From contig NC_079240.1 in assembly GCF_027921745.1 (NCBI RefSeq), positions 1,116,001 through 1,180,000 of the forward strand: a stretch of 64,000 nt of DNA, written 5' to 3'. The stretch comes from Schizosaccharomyces osmophilus. Taxonomy: Eukaryota. A program made the position numbers and the translations under genes. The notes beneath the pieces were generated by a model. The model had not been told where the DNA came from. It made no database searches and saw nothing but the letters and a program-made list of their open reading frames with translations. Shown in pieces: positions 24,878 through 39,019 of the stretch (within the stretch, counting starts at the first letter, position 1; every line of letters begins with the position of its first letter).

Positions 24878-25154
24878 TCTGTGGTGTTTTATGCGTTTTA
24901 AGTTTTACTATCACTTCCCAAATTTCTGTATTTGCCTCAATTTGAGAAACAATGAATTACTTTGGTTTAATTATGTACATTTCAAACGTGGCATTACGGC
25001 AATCTTTTTCACAATACAAAACTCAATAAAGAAATTAAATGACTATATATTTTTTATCGTATTATACCTATAAAACCTTTTAGTTTTTACCGTAAATGAA
25101 CCTCCAATTCAAATTTGGTAGAACTGGCCTAAGCAGTAACTTCTACTTTAAAGC

Positions 25155-25186
<32 letters not shown>

Positions 25187-25418
25187 TTTATACATATAAA
25201 GTTGCGAGTATTCCTGCTTTGCTTATTATATCCACAAAAAACTATTTATGAAGCCAGAATCAAACAACAAAAAGCGATCAGTGAGTATAAGCAGTCGACG
25301 AAATTCCGATCCATCCAGCTGGCCTTAGTAATAGGTACAACAAAACCTGTTCAGTTCAATTCTAGAATTCATGTAAAATTCATTAAAATACTTCTCTTGC
25401 GCCTTAGTACGTCTGCTT

Positions 25419-28400
25419 GTTTTGTAACGATACTTGATGCATTAATGGAGTAACCATTTGATGAATCGTGTCAATGAAATAATGCGTAATTTTTGAAAAA
25501 TGTTAGTACTAACAGCTTGCTTTACCAAGAAAATTATTTAAAATATTATATGAATAGTGGTTGTTTTTTATTTCTCGAAAGTTGGTTAGGAGTTTGTGTT
25601 GAAGGCCCAGTGATATTATTATGAGGGCTTAATAAAGCTGTCAATGAGCGTTATTCTGTGATCTGTATACATCGTCTTATTCGTAATTATTTCAAGTTGA
25701 AATTCAAATAGGCAGCTTCTAAATTCAACAGTATACGAAATCGAGCTGAAAATAGATTGATAATGCAAGTCGTATTCTGCAAAAACAATGGCTGCCTTCG
25801 TTATTTCGGATTGAAAGTTCGGATAGAAAGGAAAAAGCAAAATGAAAAAAGCTACAATACTGGTAATAGTTCCTTCTATCTAATTCATCCAAACATAGTA
25901 AATAACTCATTACCTCTGTAATATAAGTACCTTTAGTTCGTAAAACAACTGAGGAACTTAAGGAAGTTGGGAAGACAATGCAAGCTGACTCTTGAAATAA
26001 AAGACCATTCAAATAAATGTGTTTACTTTTCGAGATACTAGAATCGAGAAACCTTAGAGCAATTTATAAATTCACGTCTGTTAACATCTGCAAAATTGAA
26101 ATGAAATCAAGATTATCTCAGTTGTGCTTGGAATGAATGGTTTGAGACTATTGAATTACAGAGCTTTCTTTCCATAAGAGCAGATTCTTTTAGTTAGGGC
26201 TTTATGCTGGCAAAAAGCAAGTACATTCGATTACAAGATTTTTCCAGTCACGGTTAATTAACTACGAGTATAAATTGTATTTAAGCATAATGAGGAAAAA
26301 AGTGTTCTTTTGTCTACTTAATTTAAGTTTAAAATCTAGGATATCACAAACTCAAGGCTTATCCAAATAATAATAAAAAGCAAACCTCATTGACAGCTAT
26401 AACACCCGCAATCAGTGATTGTAAGCTTGATAAAGACATATTAATTGTCTTGTTACAAACAATATGCGAATTGTAAAAAATATAAACGGCTCAAATCAAC
26501 TTACCGTACAATCGAAAGATTCACCTACTCTCAAAGCTTTCGGTTTATTGAATGATAGCTCCGCTTTTTCTACGATTGCCAATAATCGTGAATAAGATTT
26601 GCATGAAGAACATAATCGAATATTATGAATACTAAATTGAAAAACCCTAGCAGAGAGTAAGTTTTGTGCATATCCGTTTCACTTAAAACACTTCGAGACA
26701 AACAATTTGAAAAGGCACTTCAAATTTACTGAAGCAGTGAACTCACAGAAATCGAAAATAGTATTGATTAAAATAAGTGTTGTACGTAGCTACCGCTATA
26801 AATACGAAAAAGGTCGTACTTCACTAAAAGTTTGGCATATTGTACCATATCTACTACTATCCTTTATTAATCACTTAAGCTCAACATTGGAATAATTATC
26901 TCTTTCTTTGCACTAGTGAGATTGAAACTTTTTGTGCGTGACCAGCGCCGAGATTGCATTGCCTCCAAGGCTTTTTGATAAAAAAAAAAATAAATAAATA
27001 AAACAACGCTTTCAATAAATGAAAGCTGCAAAAGTCGTTGCTAGGCTTCTTCTGAAGAATAGAATAAACTTCCTCAATTTTTACCAGCAGCTGTGTAGGT
27101 TTCATTAACAATGCAAACCTTACTCTCAAATGGGGTTCATTAAGGACTCAGGTAGTTTGAAAAATCTACTTTAATTATATTGTTTAGTTAATTACTTCCA
27201 GGTACTAGGCACTCGTTCGTACTTGATGATCCTCTTTTCCCTCGGTATTTAAGTACCAGCTATATACCTGACCTAATCGGCGCCAAGTAGGCCCAATTGA
27301 CATTAACGACTGCTTTAAATTTGGTACATAGGAAGGATGAACTACATAAGCTTATAAATTAGAGTTTGCAAAAGAATAGCTTTACCTTATTTCCTGGCTA
27401 TAGAGTGAGTAACAGCAGCTTGCCTAATGTTTAGATTAGAATGCTCTTCTTCGACTAGTCTTGCTATTGAGCGTTATCCAGTTAAAGCGAGACGACTATG
27501 GATGTAACCCATATAGAAGTAATATAGGACTTCGGGTAATTTTTTCTAATTTTTTTAATCAACACGGTAGCTTGCGTGCCTTGAACTTGAAGGCCAACAA
27601 TCACTGAAAGCTACTGATAGTTATCATCAGTTATTGTACACCTCTATATCATTGAGTTAATATATGAAGTCTTAGGAGATTAATAAAAAGCTGGTAGTTA
27701 CGTTATTCCCCTTCGAGGCACAATGTCAAATAAAATTAATTTATAACATTAAATCATTAAATCATAGAATAGTGTAACTTCTAAAAATCCTTTTAATGAT
27801 ATATAACATTTTTTATAATGGTTGAGGGAATACATATGTATATATCTATATATACCTACTAATAATGGTAATAATGAGTACCATGAACTGTAGCTTCTAA
27901 AGTCTCATCTCTTCCTTCGCGAGGGTTTCCACATGCGGGGCGAAATAAAATAAAGCTAATATTCTGATATCAAAAAGCCCTTCATGAAATCGGTTTCTAT
28001 CGTTTCATCTGGGAGCCTATTGAAAAAGTGTTGATCAGAGATTCTTCATTTACAGGGCAAAGAACAATTGAAAAGGAATGGATTAAATAAACATTGGCAA
28101 AGGCTATACCATAAGAAAAGCAAATTGGCTGAAGAAGTAGTAGAATAAACGTCTTGTCGCAAGGCGGAAACTATAGGATATAAATAATGAATTCTTGTAG
28201 GCCTGATCATATGAGTCAATTCAATCGAAAGCATCCCATCATTTGAGATGAATGTCTTCCCAATGAAGAGCTTAAAAAACATTTCTACTGTACTCATCAC
28301 GTATTACAAGTTTCGCACTACTATACGACATTAAATTGCTTAGCTATGTTACAGCCGAACAGCAAAGAAAACTGTTCAAGTATTTGCACATCACATCACG

Positions 28401-31400
28401 GCTCGTTCCTAGATTTTTGGATGTATATACATATATGCCATACTTACTAAATTTAGGTAGGTAGGACAGGGTCCATTTATTAAAAAAAACCTAGTACCTA
28501 GTAAATGATAGTAATGATACCATTGTGAGTTTGCAAAAAAAACTAGACGAGTCAACTAGGGACAAGTTTTTGGCATGAGGCAATACGTGAGAGAACTGAG
28601 ATTGTTAAGAAATCTAAACAAAGAGAAGCTCGATGAAAGCAGGACTAAGATTCGTATGCATTCTGTTACAGCTGGTTTATGAAGTTTGACGGTATTAGTA
28701 ACTCCAAGACAAATCTCAGATTTCTTCGATCAAGTTACCAGTGCTACTATTTACCATTTGCTGTTCCTACCTGCTGCTATTGCGACTAGGACTGCAAACA
28801 AAGCCCAAGTGAAGTCGGGCGGTTGCGAATATGATGAATACTTGCATATCTATGTCGCATGTTTTCTGATAATATATTACTAAATGGAAATGAAAAATGA
28901 AAAATAAAAATAATCATTCTTTTCGTACTCAAGCTAATGAAACAGCAATGACCGCATTTATCCCCACCGAAAACTGCAATAATTCAACAAGAGCATACAT
29001 AGCATAGTATGGATGGTAGATACATACATATTCAAGCTATAGTAGCGAAAACGAAATGAACCGAAACAAAAGAAAAGAAAATAAAAATGGACGACACGAT
29101 TTGCATCTTAATTAAATCTATTTCTTTCGGTAGATTGCATCGCATTTCATCATGGAGTTGAGCGAAATGACCATTTAAAAAAAATTGAGCAATCGAACAG
29201 ATTTTTTCTTGGTACAGCCGGCGACTTTATAGACTTTATAAGCGTTCATAAAGTATTTCGTTTTTGTTGGCACTTACGATTTAGCAATTCCAGGCGTTGG
29301 GTGTAAGCAATTTTCATTGAATTTAGACGATAAAACTAGCAGGCTTTAGTGAGGATGAGATTTTGTTAGTATTATTGTTGAGATGTGTGGTTTTGCTTTT
29401 TGCTTTTTGCCTTTTGCCTTTGTTTTTCCAATGTCCTTCTCTCAAAAAGTTACGCATACATATTGCTAATAAAGCTAATGAACTGATACTTACAGCTACC
29501 ACAAGACATAAAACGCTTCGTTGAAAAGCGTCTGCAGTTTGCGGGATAATCGATCATTCTCCCATTGATTTTCGATTCGTTGTTGGAAGAATTCTATAAA
29601 ATAATCCTATGCAATTGCTTTTGCTTTTGCTTTTGCCATTGCCGGAGGGAAGGAATAAGTAAAGAAAAGCTAGCTTTTGATAATCATTTATATTCATAAC
29701 ACTAAACGAGTCTCGTCGTCAAAGAAATTGTTTTTTTGGAGCTAATTATATTAAAAAATGGTTGGTCAAGGCATACACAGACGAACAACACATTGGGTGG
29801 GTTCATTATGGAACCGCTCCAATTGAAAAGCTGCTAATCGGTATGCTGTAACGACTAAAATGAAAAAATAACAGGATGCTCAAATTTACAGATCCATAAA
29901 GGCACGAAAGATGAAACAGTTATAGTAGTTATGTACGTATAACCAACAATAAAAATTACCGTATAGAAAAAACCACAATGAACATTTACCGTTTTTCGTT
30001 GATAAAGCAGATTGTTCTTTGAACACTTTGATGTTCGCGCATCGTCCAAATTATGAGTATGCTTTCATGCTGTACTTCTTTGCATGAACGAGTAATAAGT
30101 TTGCTGTCTACTATTTTGTTTTGAGGGAGGAAGGAAAGCATAATGAATAACGTTGGCAAAATAGTGCATGTCTACCTTTTTTAATTGACAAGCTATTCTA
30201 GCAACTCGCTCGTCTATGTATCTATTGATGTCTATTATAAGATGGTGCATGTAAGTTTTGGGTACTGTGGCACACCTAATCATAATTATTGTTTAATTGT
30301 TCTAGCTAATTGCTTTTGCACGCCTTTAACTCTTAACTCAAACAAATTCAACTTCTAAAGAATAAATTCCTAAAATTGTAAACATGTATAAGCATTTGTA
30401 AATATATGAATGATAAATTCGCAATGAAGCAGACTGCCAAGATAGGAAATACGAAGAGCTGCACTGCTGTTAGATACCATTTGTATTGTTGGAACCAGAT
30501 TTTCCCAGCAGCGTATAGCAATGCTAAAAAGTAAACCATTATGATTTTAGATAATGTGCCTTGCCTATTTATTGATTGACTGACTGACTTACTGACTCTT
30601 TCACTCACTCTTGTGCGCTTGTATGAGCATGTTGCCCACCTTCTCGCGATTGTAATTGCAATGTGATGACTACTAGCATTCACGACCTGACACGTGTGTA
30701 TACAAACAACGGTATTATTTCTTCGTTAAAAGTAAATTTAGAATGTGTATGGTATGATGTGAACAGCATTAACATGTCAAATTCATTCATCAGAGCATAT
30801 ATTGTACACACCTTGCCAGTCAGTACTTACAGGTCGCCAACCTATTTTAAAATGCTGCACTGAGAATAAACTCGATTTCCCAGTTGCTGTCCATAAAAGG
30901 CTTATATTTTCAGCTAATGCATATTCCTGTAAACGGCAAAAGAGGAATGCGTTTTGTCTTGAAAACGTAAAGGCAGCAAACAAAAAACGAGAATTAAATA
31001 CTGCACATTGAGACGTGTCTCTCTATAGTTGTTTGACTCTTGCTATTGTAAACGGGATGGAAGATGCTTCGTTCTCACAAATTTGATAGTTACACTCAAG
31101 AATGGATGTGAAAATAAAAAGTAAAAAAATGATACGAATCAAGTTGACAAGACTTTACTGGTCAAGTCACTGCTGGTTCCCATAACGAAATTAACTTGTT
31201 TAATTCATTACGGTGCTAAAGATATTCCTGGGTCACATTATTTTATGTGAGGTTTTGATCTTGATGATCAGTATTTCTTTATTTCAACCAGATACGATCA
31301 TATACAAAACATGTCGGATGGTTACATTTAGTGAATAGCCAAGGGTATCTTATCCATCCGTTCATGCAATCAATCCAAATTGTTTATTGATATAACTATC

Positions 31401-34400
31401 GTCATGCGAATAGACAACGTTCACTTTCAAAGGTTCTATAGCAATATCTATATACTTTTATTTGCTTCAATTATTCATCCAACGATTTTTTTTACATGTC
31501 CGTTCTCTACTAATGTTACTAAGACAAGGAGAAGAGATAGCCATTGAGACAGAACTAGATGGAACTAACTGCATTGTAGCTTAAAGTCGCCGAAGTGAAC
31601 TAGTAGATTTTCATCGGCCAGCTTAGCTTAATAATGTAAAATAGTTTGAGTGTATTGAGACCCAGCAAAATGAATGATCATGTTTGATTAATTGATTGAT
31701 ACTGATATTGTAAGATGTCTTTCTCTTTTTATAATTTAAGGCATGTATGGGAACAGTCATAGTTGGTTTAAATATTCATTTGTCTTGGATATTACACTCA
31801 CTATTGCTACCAAGCACGTGTGATTGCTAACTACTTTTATTATTTTTTTGATTAAAGCACAGCTTAGCAACTCAGGTAAAAGAATATAGATACAAATTGA
31901 TGGTGCAGTTCTCCGTGAGGTTCAATGAGGTATAATTATGCGGCAGCAAAATTCAAGTATATTTTACTAAGAATTAATTAAGAGGAAACGAATGTGTGTA
32001 ATAGGAATCATCGAATCTTTCCTATATGCTATGCCATAAATAGGTTTCATACAGATCACTTTTCAAACGCATGCTGATTCTAGTACTTGGGTAGCTAGGA
32101 GATAAATAAATAAATCTCAGATCCTATAATTGACAAGGCCTTGACCCAGCTTGAATATGCATAATGGCATTTTCTCCTCATTTATGTTTGATTTTGGGAA
32201 AATCAGATGTAAATGCTCGTACCTCTCCCTTCGGTTTACCAAAAAAGACCTCAATTCTCAAAATCTCCTTGGTTAAATGAATCAAGCTTGAGCGGATTGG
32301 CAAGTTCTTTTAGGTCACTGTTGTCAAAAAATACAAATGATTATTCTTAAAGTGTCAAGGCGTTGGTATAATTATGATAAAAGCATTATCAATATTTCAA
32401 TCTACCAGAATAAGAATAACTAGATAGGTATGAAGACTAAGCTATGCAGGCCTTTCTTTAATGATTGCATGCAACAAACAAAGCGTGTTTGTCAAGCAAA
32501 GCTGAAAACATGTTACAGCAGCTTAAAAGTTACTTCGTGATTTAAAAAAGTCGAGGGACATTATATATCGAAGGATAGGTAAAAAGAAAATCTTTATTGT
32601 CGACGGCTAGGAAGAAAGCATTATAATTATGGCTACGCATGAATGATAGCTTTAATTATTTATTTTAACATTAAAGCAGTGAACTGAGCATCCACTGAAA
32701 GAATAAATTAAAAAACACAACTAGTAAATAAACAGGTGCTACCGTTTTTATATTTCAGCCAAGAATGATGTTCTGTTGGGGGTTTCTTTAGGAAGAGCTG
32801 GTGTCTTGCACTCTGAAGGTATTATGTGAAAGAATATTAGTGTTTTACTGCTATCTCTCCAGGCTGTGTGCCGCAAAAAAGACGTGTATAAAAAGCCAAC
32901 GAAGTAATAGTAAAATTCATTATAGCATTTATTCATTAAGCAGCAATATCGTTTATGTGAAGGGTGCTATCGCTAACGTTTTTGAACTCACATATTCAAG
33001 GCATTTACTTCGGTCGTCCTCTGTGATTATAAAATTTATCTGAGTCTGCTCTACTTGAATAATGGAAAAGCAAAGAAAGGAACATTGGTTTTGAAGTCAA
33101 ATGGCTTTCAGTTATCGTATTATTTACATTACTATGGGCAACGTCTACTTCAGATTTAGTGCGTACTTTGATATGAGCTCGTTTTCATTTAGCATCATTA
33201 ATACTATGCTAGCAAAGAAATAGGAAAAAAAACTTAGTTTAATGCTAGTCAGAATGATTACTCTGCTTCACTGAAGATTATTAAGGTATTTAGAAATAAT
33301 ATATATATATATATATCTTTTTCAAATAACGTTCGTCAGATACTTTCTTAACTTTGCGTTTGTTTACTGAGAGAGCTGTACGATTTGAACACTTGGGTTA
33401 GGCTCGTGAGAGATAGTTCACTTCATGTTAAATAAATGCTGATGTGAAATGAAGTGACTAAAAAAATAAAAGAAATTACAAATAACTAACAAACATAGAC
33501 GCAATACGGATATCACGATCGTTTATTATTTCGTTGTCAGCTTCTTTCTTTTACGTAAAAAACTTTACTGAAAAATAAATTGCAAGCAGGATGGGCTGTA
33601 CGTAACACGTCAAACCCTTTTGTTTTAATTTTCACTGTCTTGGCTGTCTTCACTGTAGCCTTTTACATGCAATTAACTAAAATAACTTTATATGAATAAA
33701 CGTGGTATGTTCCGACACTCAAGTGGTGGTGTGGTACGGTGGGTGGGCTTAGCCCGGTTACTAATATTTCTTGTTCGACGGATGAGATAAAAAACATTGT
33801 TCAACTCATGTACGGAGCAATTGTATGGCTTATTTTGTTTATAGAGAAAGAAAGCACACATAATAGCATAGATTAATCCTAAATGCTTCCTTAGATCATA
33901 AGCTTTTCCATTCATGCGAATTATCCATAGCTATATTTGCTCCAAAATTTGGCTCTATGAAACTTTGGAATTGAATGAATAGATCAAGAGTGTTCTAAAA
34001 GTTTTTTTTTAGCGAGAACATTTATTGATGAAAGTCCAATACCAATAACATCGGGTTCCATTGCGATCCTTTTTAAGATCGGTCCCCAAATATTTGCGAC
34101 AGGGGGAACCCAAAGTTATCTTCATTAGTTATGGTTCATAAAGTTCATATCAATGATTAAAATAAGGAATCGTTACAGGCTATAACGAGTTATTATTACT
34201 GATTTTCTGTTTCACCAAATGTTTTGCTATACTCATGGATTACATTTGTTGAAGTTACAGAAGTTTCAAAAACGAATTTCCTGCCTCCCCTGCACTTCGT
34301 AGTTTTACGCTCAGGAATCCGACAGTCGGCTCGAATGAGTTCGAATCAAGTTTGTTTTCTATTAGGACTTCGTCGTGCAGGACATGATAAATTAAGTTCA

Positions 34401-35127
34401 TTAGCATAGTAATTTCTTTATAATACATATTCGGAAAGCTATGCATTTTCATTTTACACGGATATGTGCATTTATTTATAAATTGCAATTTGTTAAATAC
34501 ATATAATTTAGGTAGTAGAGATGACAAACTCGGCAATCCACTCTGAGGACGGAAATTTCGCAATGAAACTGTTCATCGTTTTGGAATCAGTACTTACTGT
34601 CAGAGTTTTACACAAACGAATCGAAATTGTCTCGTTATTGACCTAAGCTATACGTGTTCATTTCATTGCTAAAAGCCATTATAAAGCACCAGGCATTGTT
34701 ATAAGCGAAGAAAGCAATATAACCTTCAAGATTACGCAAATAGCATTAAACTTTTACTACTGATGCATGATGGTGTCTTGGACCATATTGGCATTTTTTG
34801 CTAAATATTAATAAAATTCCAAATTATTGGATATCAAGTTTTACAATCATACATGATTCTAAACATATATTATAAGGCATACTATATATTCAGATATTTA
34901 AGATCATGCTGGCAACGTTACTTTTAGCAAAGTACATCATTCGGAAGAGCTGATATTCTCTTAATTACAAGGGGTTGGTCAACTTCCAAATGTAACCAGC
35001 CTTTTTGTTCTGTAGGACGACCGGCTTCTGTCATGTACAAACAATAAAATCATTCGAATTGATTTCTGTTTCTGGATCATATAAATAAGCCGCAACCAAG
35101 CAATCATTGCCACATAAAAAAAAATAA
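25419..35127. other. Centromere central core (putative CENP-A/Cnp1 domain), 9709 bp unique and gene-free
   Basis: Non-repeated AT-rich spacer between the inverted arms; no tRNA and no recognisable ORF; bounded on both sides by D-V-A-I-R-K-E tRNA clusters, as in Schizosaccharomyces cnt/imr organisation. Confidence 0.88.
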
Positions 35128-35669
35128 AAGCAGACGTACTAAGGCGCAAGAGAAGTATTTTAATGAATTTTACATGAATTCTAGAATTGAACTGAACAGG
35201 TTTTGTTGTACCTATTACTAAGGCCAGCTGGATGGATCGGAATTTCGTCGACTGCTTATACTCACTGATCGCTTTTTGTTGTTTGATTCTGGCTTCATAA
35301 ATAGTTTTTTGTGGATATAATAAGCAAAGCAGGAATACTCGCAACTTTATATGTATAAAAATTTTTTTTTTTTTTTTTTTTTAAAAAAAAAAGCTTTAAA
35401 GTAGAAGTTACTGCTTAGGCCAGTTCTACCAAATTTGAATTGGAGGTTCATTTACGGTAAAAACTAAAAGGTTTTATAGGTATAATACGATAAAAAATAT
35501 ATAGTCATTTAATTTCTTTATTGAGTTTTGTATTGTGAAAAAGATTGCCGTAATGCCACGTTTGAAATGTACATAATTAAACCAAAGTAATTCATTGTTT
35601 CTCAAATTGAGGCAAATACAGAAATTTGGGAAGTGATAGTAAAACTTAAAACGCATAAAACACCACAGA

Positions 35670-35741
35670 TCCGTCATGGTCCAGTGGCTAGGATTCATCG
35701 CTCTCACCGATGCGGCGGGGGTTCGATTCCCCCTGACGGAA
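35670..35741 (+). tRNA. tRNA-Glu (CTC)
   Basis: Mirror of 24806-24877. Confidence 0.97.
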
Positions 35742-35832
35742 AATCTTGCTTTTTGCAACGTACATTAAATGTAAATTCATCGCTTCTTTTTAAATGGGTC
35801 ATATATTTAATGTATTTTATTACTACAACAAG

Positions 35833-35916
35833 TCCCGGGTAGCTCAATCGGTTTAGAGCGTCTGACTCTTATGAAAGGTCATCAGAAGGTTGCGAGTTCG
35901 AGTCTCGCCTTGGGAG
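35833..35916 (+). tRNA. tRNA-Lys (CTT), 9 nt intron
   Basis: Mirror of 24631-24714. Confidence 0.96.
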
Positions 35917-35957
35917 TTCCTTTTTTTATTTCTATTTCTCAAATCATAGCTTGCAAT

Positions 35958-36335
35958 TGTCACAGGTTGAATCTCACTTGTTATGAGAATAAGTATTCAG
36001 TGGAAAAGATGTATGTAATAACAATTCATTAAATTGTATGTTTGACTTTTAAATTGGATGCTTTTATTCTATTAGAAAAATAGCAATAGCTTCCAGGGAT
36101 TTGATTCACTAAGTAAGTTGTATGAACGATTTATTTAGCTAGATCAGTCAAATCTTCCAATCTGAAGATTTGCCAGGTAATTTGCGCATTTATATAATTT
36201 GTAACAAAGTCTTTGTCTAAACCTATTTCATTTGTCTAAATAGTTTCTTTGTTTATTCATTACATTCATGAATCCTTATTGCCATACGATAATAATATAT
36301 TAAAATATTAGTAATATCGTATATGAGTTGTGACA
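35958..36335 (-). mobile_element. Solo LTR-like element (mirror of 24212-24589)
   Basis: TGTCACA...TGTGACA ends, 378 bp. Confidence 0.8.
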
Positions 36336-36464
36336 TAGAGTAGTAAATAAAAAGCTGTTCAAGATGATATTTAGGAAAAGCAAAGTGGAGACATTTTTAA
36401 GGCCGTAGATGGATATAAAAAGAAAAGCAAAAAATTTAGAGAGAAAAAAAATGAAAAAATAAAT

Positions 36465-36537
36465 TGACCCCGCCAGGAGTCGAACCTGGAATCTCCTGAT
36501 CCGTAGTCAGGCGCCTTGACCATTGGGCCACGAGGCC
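36465..36537 (-). tRNA. tRNA-Arg (ACG)
   Basis: Mirror of 24010-24082. Confidence 0.97.
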
Positions 36538-37017
36538 TTGCTTAAGTAACTACATTTTTCAAATATTTTGTACGGCGTTTAATGTAATTTCGTGTGAAAT
36601 GTTATGGTTACGTTAGCTAACACTTTTCTTCTTTTGTGCTGTCGATTTTTATGTACCAACAGTGTTTTATTTTATTGCGGTTCTTTTTTTTTGGTTTTTT
36701 CTGTTAAAATTTAGAAAGAGTGGTCCCTTTTAAAAATAAAGTTAACTATACTAACTTATTTTTCATGACTGTTTGTTTTCGGTTCGACGGATGTGTTGTT
36801 TGCAGTTGCTACTATTGAATTTAAAGTTCGTTTTTTTATGACAAGATTCATAAACTAATACGCAGAATATTTCGGTTTATTCTTTTTCTTTCGCTTTGTT
36901 GACAAGCATGCATATAAATCGATATCGAATACGTATAAAAAAGTAAGGACGAAGGAAAGAAATTAGTAAAAGCGTGACTTCATAAAATTAAGCCAAAGAC
37001 GTCCGTCTCCAACAAGT

Positions 37018-37091
37018 GGTCGCATGATGTAGTTGGTTATCATGTCGATCTAATAAGTCGAATGTCGCCAGTTCGAGCCTGGCTGTGACCA
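37018..37091 (+). tRNA. tRNA-Ile (AAT)
   Basis: Mirror of 23456-23529. Confidence 0.96.
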
Positions 37092-37373
37092 TTAATTTTT
37101 TTATTTTTTTATTTTTTATTTATTTTTTTTAAAATCCATTTCATTTGCTCTTTGATTGAATTATTTGTTGATCTTTTGTTGAAGCAATGTCTTTTTATTG
37201 CATAGTGCCAACATAGTGTAAAACACCCTGTATGATAAACCCAGTGAACGCAATATATAAAATTTATAACAAACAAACCAAAATTGTAACACTGGAACAA
37301 GAGCAAAAAAAAGCAAAATAGTGAAACAATGAAATAACGACAAAACGGAAAAAAAAGAAAAAAAAGAAAAACT

Positions 37374-37447
37374 TGGACAAGCCAGAACTCGAATCTGGGA
37401 CCTCTTCCATGCTAAGGAAGCGTGATAACCATCTACACCACATGCCC
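37374..37447 (-). tRNA. tRNA-Ala (AGC)
   Basis: Mirror of 23100-23173. Confidence 0.96.
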
Positions 37448-37778
37448 ATATTGTTCTAATAACTTAATTTTACATTTTTATTCCTTATTTACAAAACTTT
37501 GATTTATGCACAAATAGGGCAAACATGTATGTTGCCCGTAAACAACCGATGATTGCTTTCTCTTTAACCCTTAAGGTATTCACAGTATAGTTCGATTAAC
37601 ACATTCAACAGTTTACATATTCAATTCTGGTACTTGCATAAATATTGTTATCATCATTTATTCATGTAAAATCCCAAAGAGACGAAAAGGAAGTATATAA
37701 ATGGTGCCACACCGTCCGTTTAACGGCAACGATTGTAATAAGTAATTATTTTTGCAAACAATGAAAGCCATCAACGAA

Positions 37779-37861
37779 GGCCGTGTGGTTTAGATGGTTA
37801 TAATTTCTGCTTAACATTCAATGTTCGCAGACGGTCCCAAGTTCGAGTCTTGGCACGGTCA
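37779..37861 (+). tRNA. tRNA-Val (AAC), 9 nt intron
   Basis: Mirror of 22686-22768. Confidence 0.96.
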
Positions 37862-38231
37862 TAGCCTTCACTTTTTTCAACTTTTCTTTTTTTTTAGAAC
37901 CATCCAATGGATGATGAATGTTTATTTTTTTTTCTACATCTATGCTATTATCCTATTCATTGTTGATGGTTTCATTTAGTTTGCTTAGTGTCAGTTTACT
38001 AGCAATTTTTTGTCTCATTTCACCTGATAGCATGCATCATCATCATCTACTTGCACTTAATGAATATGACTCTGAGTGAACAGCCAAATATGAAGAAAGC
38101 CATGTACAAAACAGTATTAGAAACGCAAAATCGAATGGCGTTCTCAAATGCAAGGAAGAACCCAAGTATGAGGAAAAAACGAAAAAACGAAAAAAAAATA
38201 AAAAATAAAAAACCACACAAAAAAAGAATCA

Positions 38232-38302
38232 CTCTCCCTCCGGGATTCGAACCCGGGCTGCCAGCGTGACAGGCTGGTGTACTACCCCTATACTAAGGAA
38301 GA
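38232..38302 (-). tRNA. tRNA-Asp (GTC)
   Basis: Mirror of 22245-22315. Confidence 0.97.
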
Positions 38303-38834
38303 ATCATGTGTATACAGGCTATAATTGCGGTTACTATATCCAAATTTATATGTTAGCAAGCTTTCATTCTAATTCACTTAATGCATGATGTATGAGCTAT
38401 AATAAGGCTTTGATGAGATGTCCCTTCCTTTCATGCTTCTAATGATTTCCAATGTACCCAGAAGAAATAGGTCAATCCAAGCCTTGCTTTATTACAGGAA
38501 ATATTCCACGTTTCACATTCGGAACCACTGGATAAGACTGACGAATCTACTGTCTGCTTATGGTTCCAATGTTCAATGTTCAGCGTTCCATCTTCCGTAT
38601 TCTCTTTTAAATATTCACAAAAGGAATATATTATATGTTAACGAGAACGAATAGTACAATAAATTCAATATGTCAAAACAAATCCCAAGTGCACCGAAAT
38701 AGTAGAAATAATCTTAATTTGGAATACAATGCAATGCAATGCAATATATCACTTCATCATTGAATGTGTTTGGGCTTGGGAAGTATTAATTCATTAGACA
38801 CAAAGCCACCGGAGCGATTAACTTTTCATGGCTG

Positions 38835-39005
38835 TAGCAGACTTGTACGAAAGGCGATTAATGGGAACGGAAGATGTCAATCACAGGGAGTTGAAACGAA
38901 GATTGGAAAAAGAATCAATACCATAATTTAGCTTCCTTCTTCCTCGCTTCCTTATGTGAATCGAAATAAGGTAGTTATGTACTGTTGTGAGAAGAACGCT
39001 CGTCT
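38835..39005 (-). repeat. 171 bp dispersed element, copy 3
   Basis: Mirror of 21542-21712. Confidence 0.93.
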
Positions 39006-39019
39006 ACGTGCTTCTTACG

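Larger units (their letters stand above)
3733..25418 (+). repeat. Left arm of ~21.7 kb centromeric inverted repeat
   Basis: Reverse complement of 35128-56820; mirrored ORFs and tRNAs have near-constant coordinate sums (60546/60547/60551/60538); only scattered SNPs and microsatellite indels. Confidence 0.97.

Noticed and set aside
32422..32439. 18 bp match agataggtatgaagacta shared with 1390-1407
   Set aside because: Single short match without convincing flanking similarity; compatible with chance in AT-rich DNA.
34979..35344. 121 aa ORF crossing the core/arm junction
   Set aside because: TTG start; its mirror (25202-25453) has a different C-terminus; no recognisable domain.
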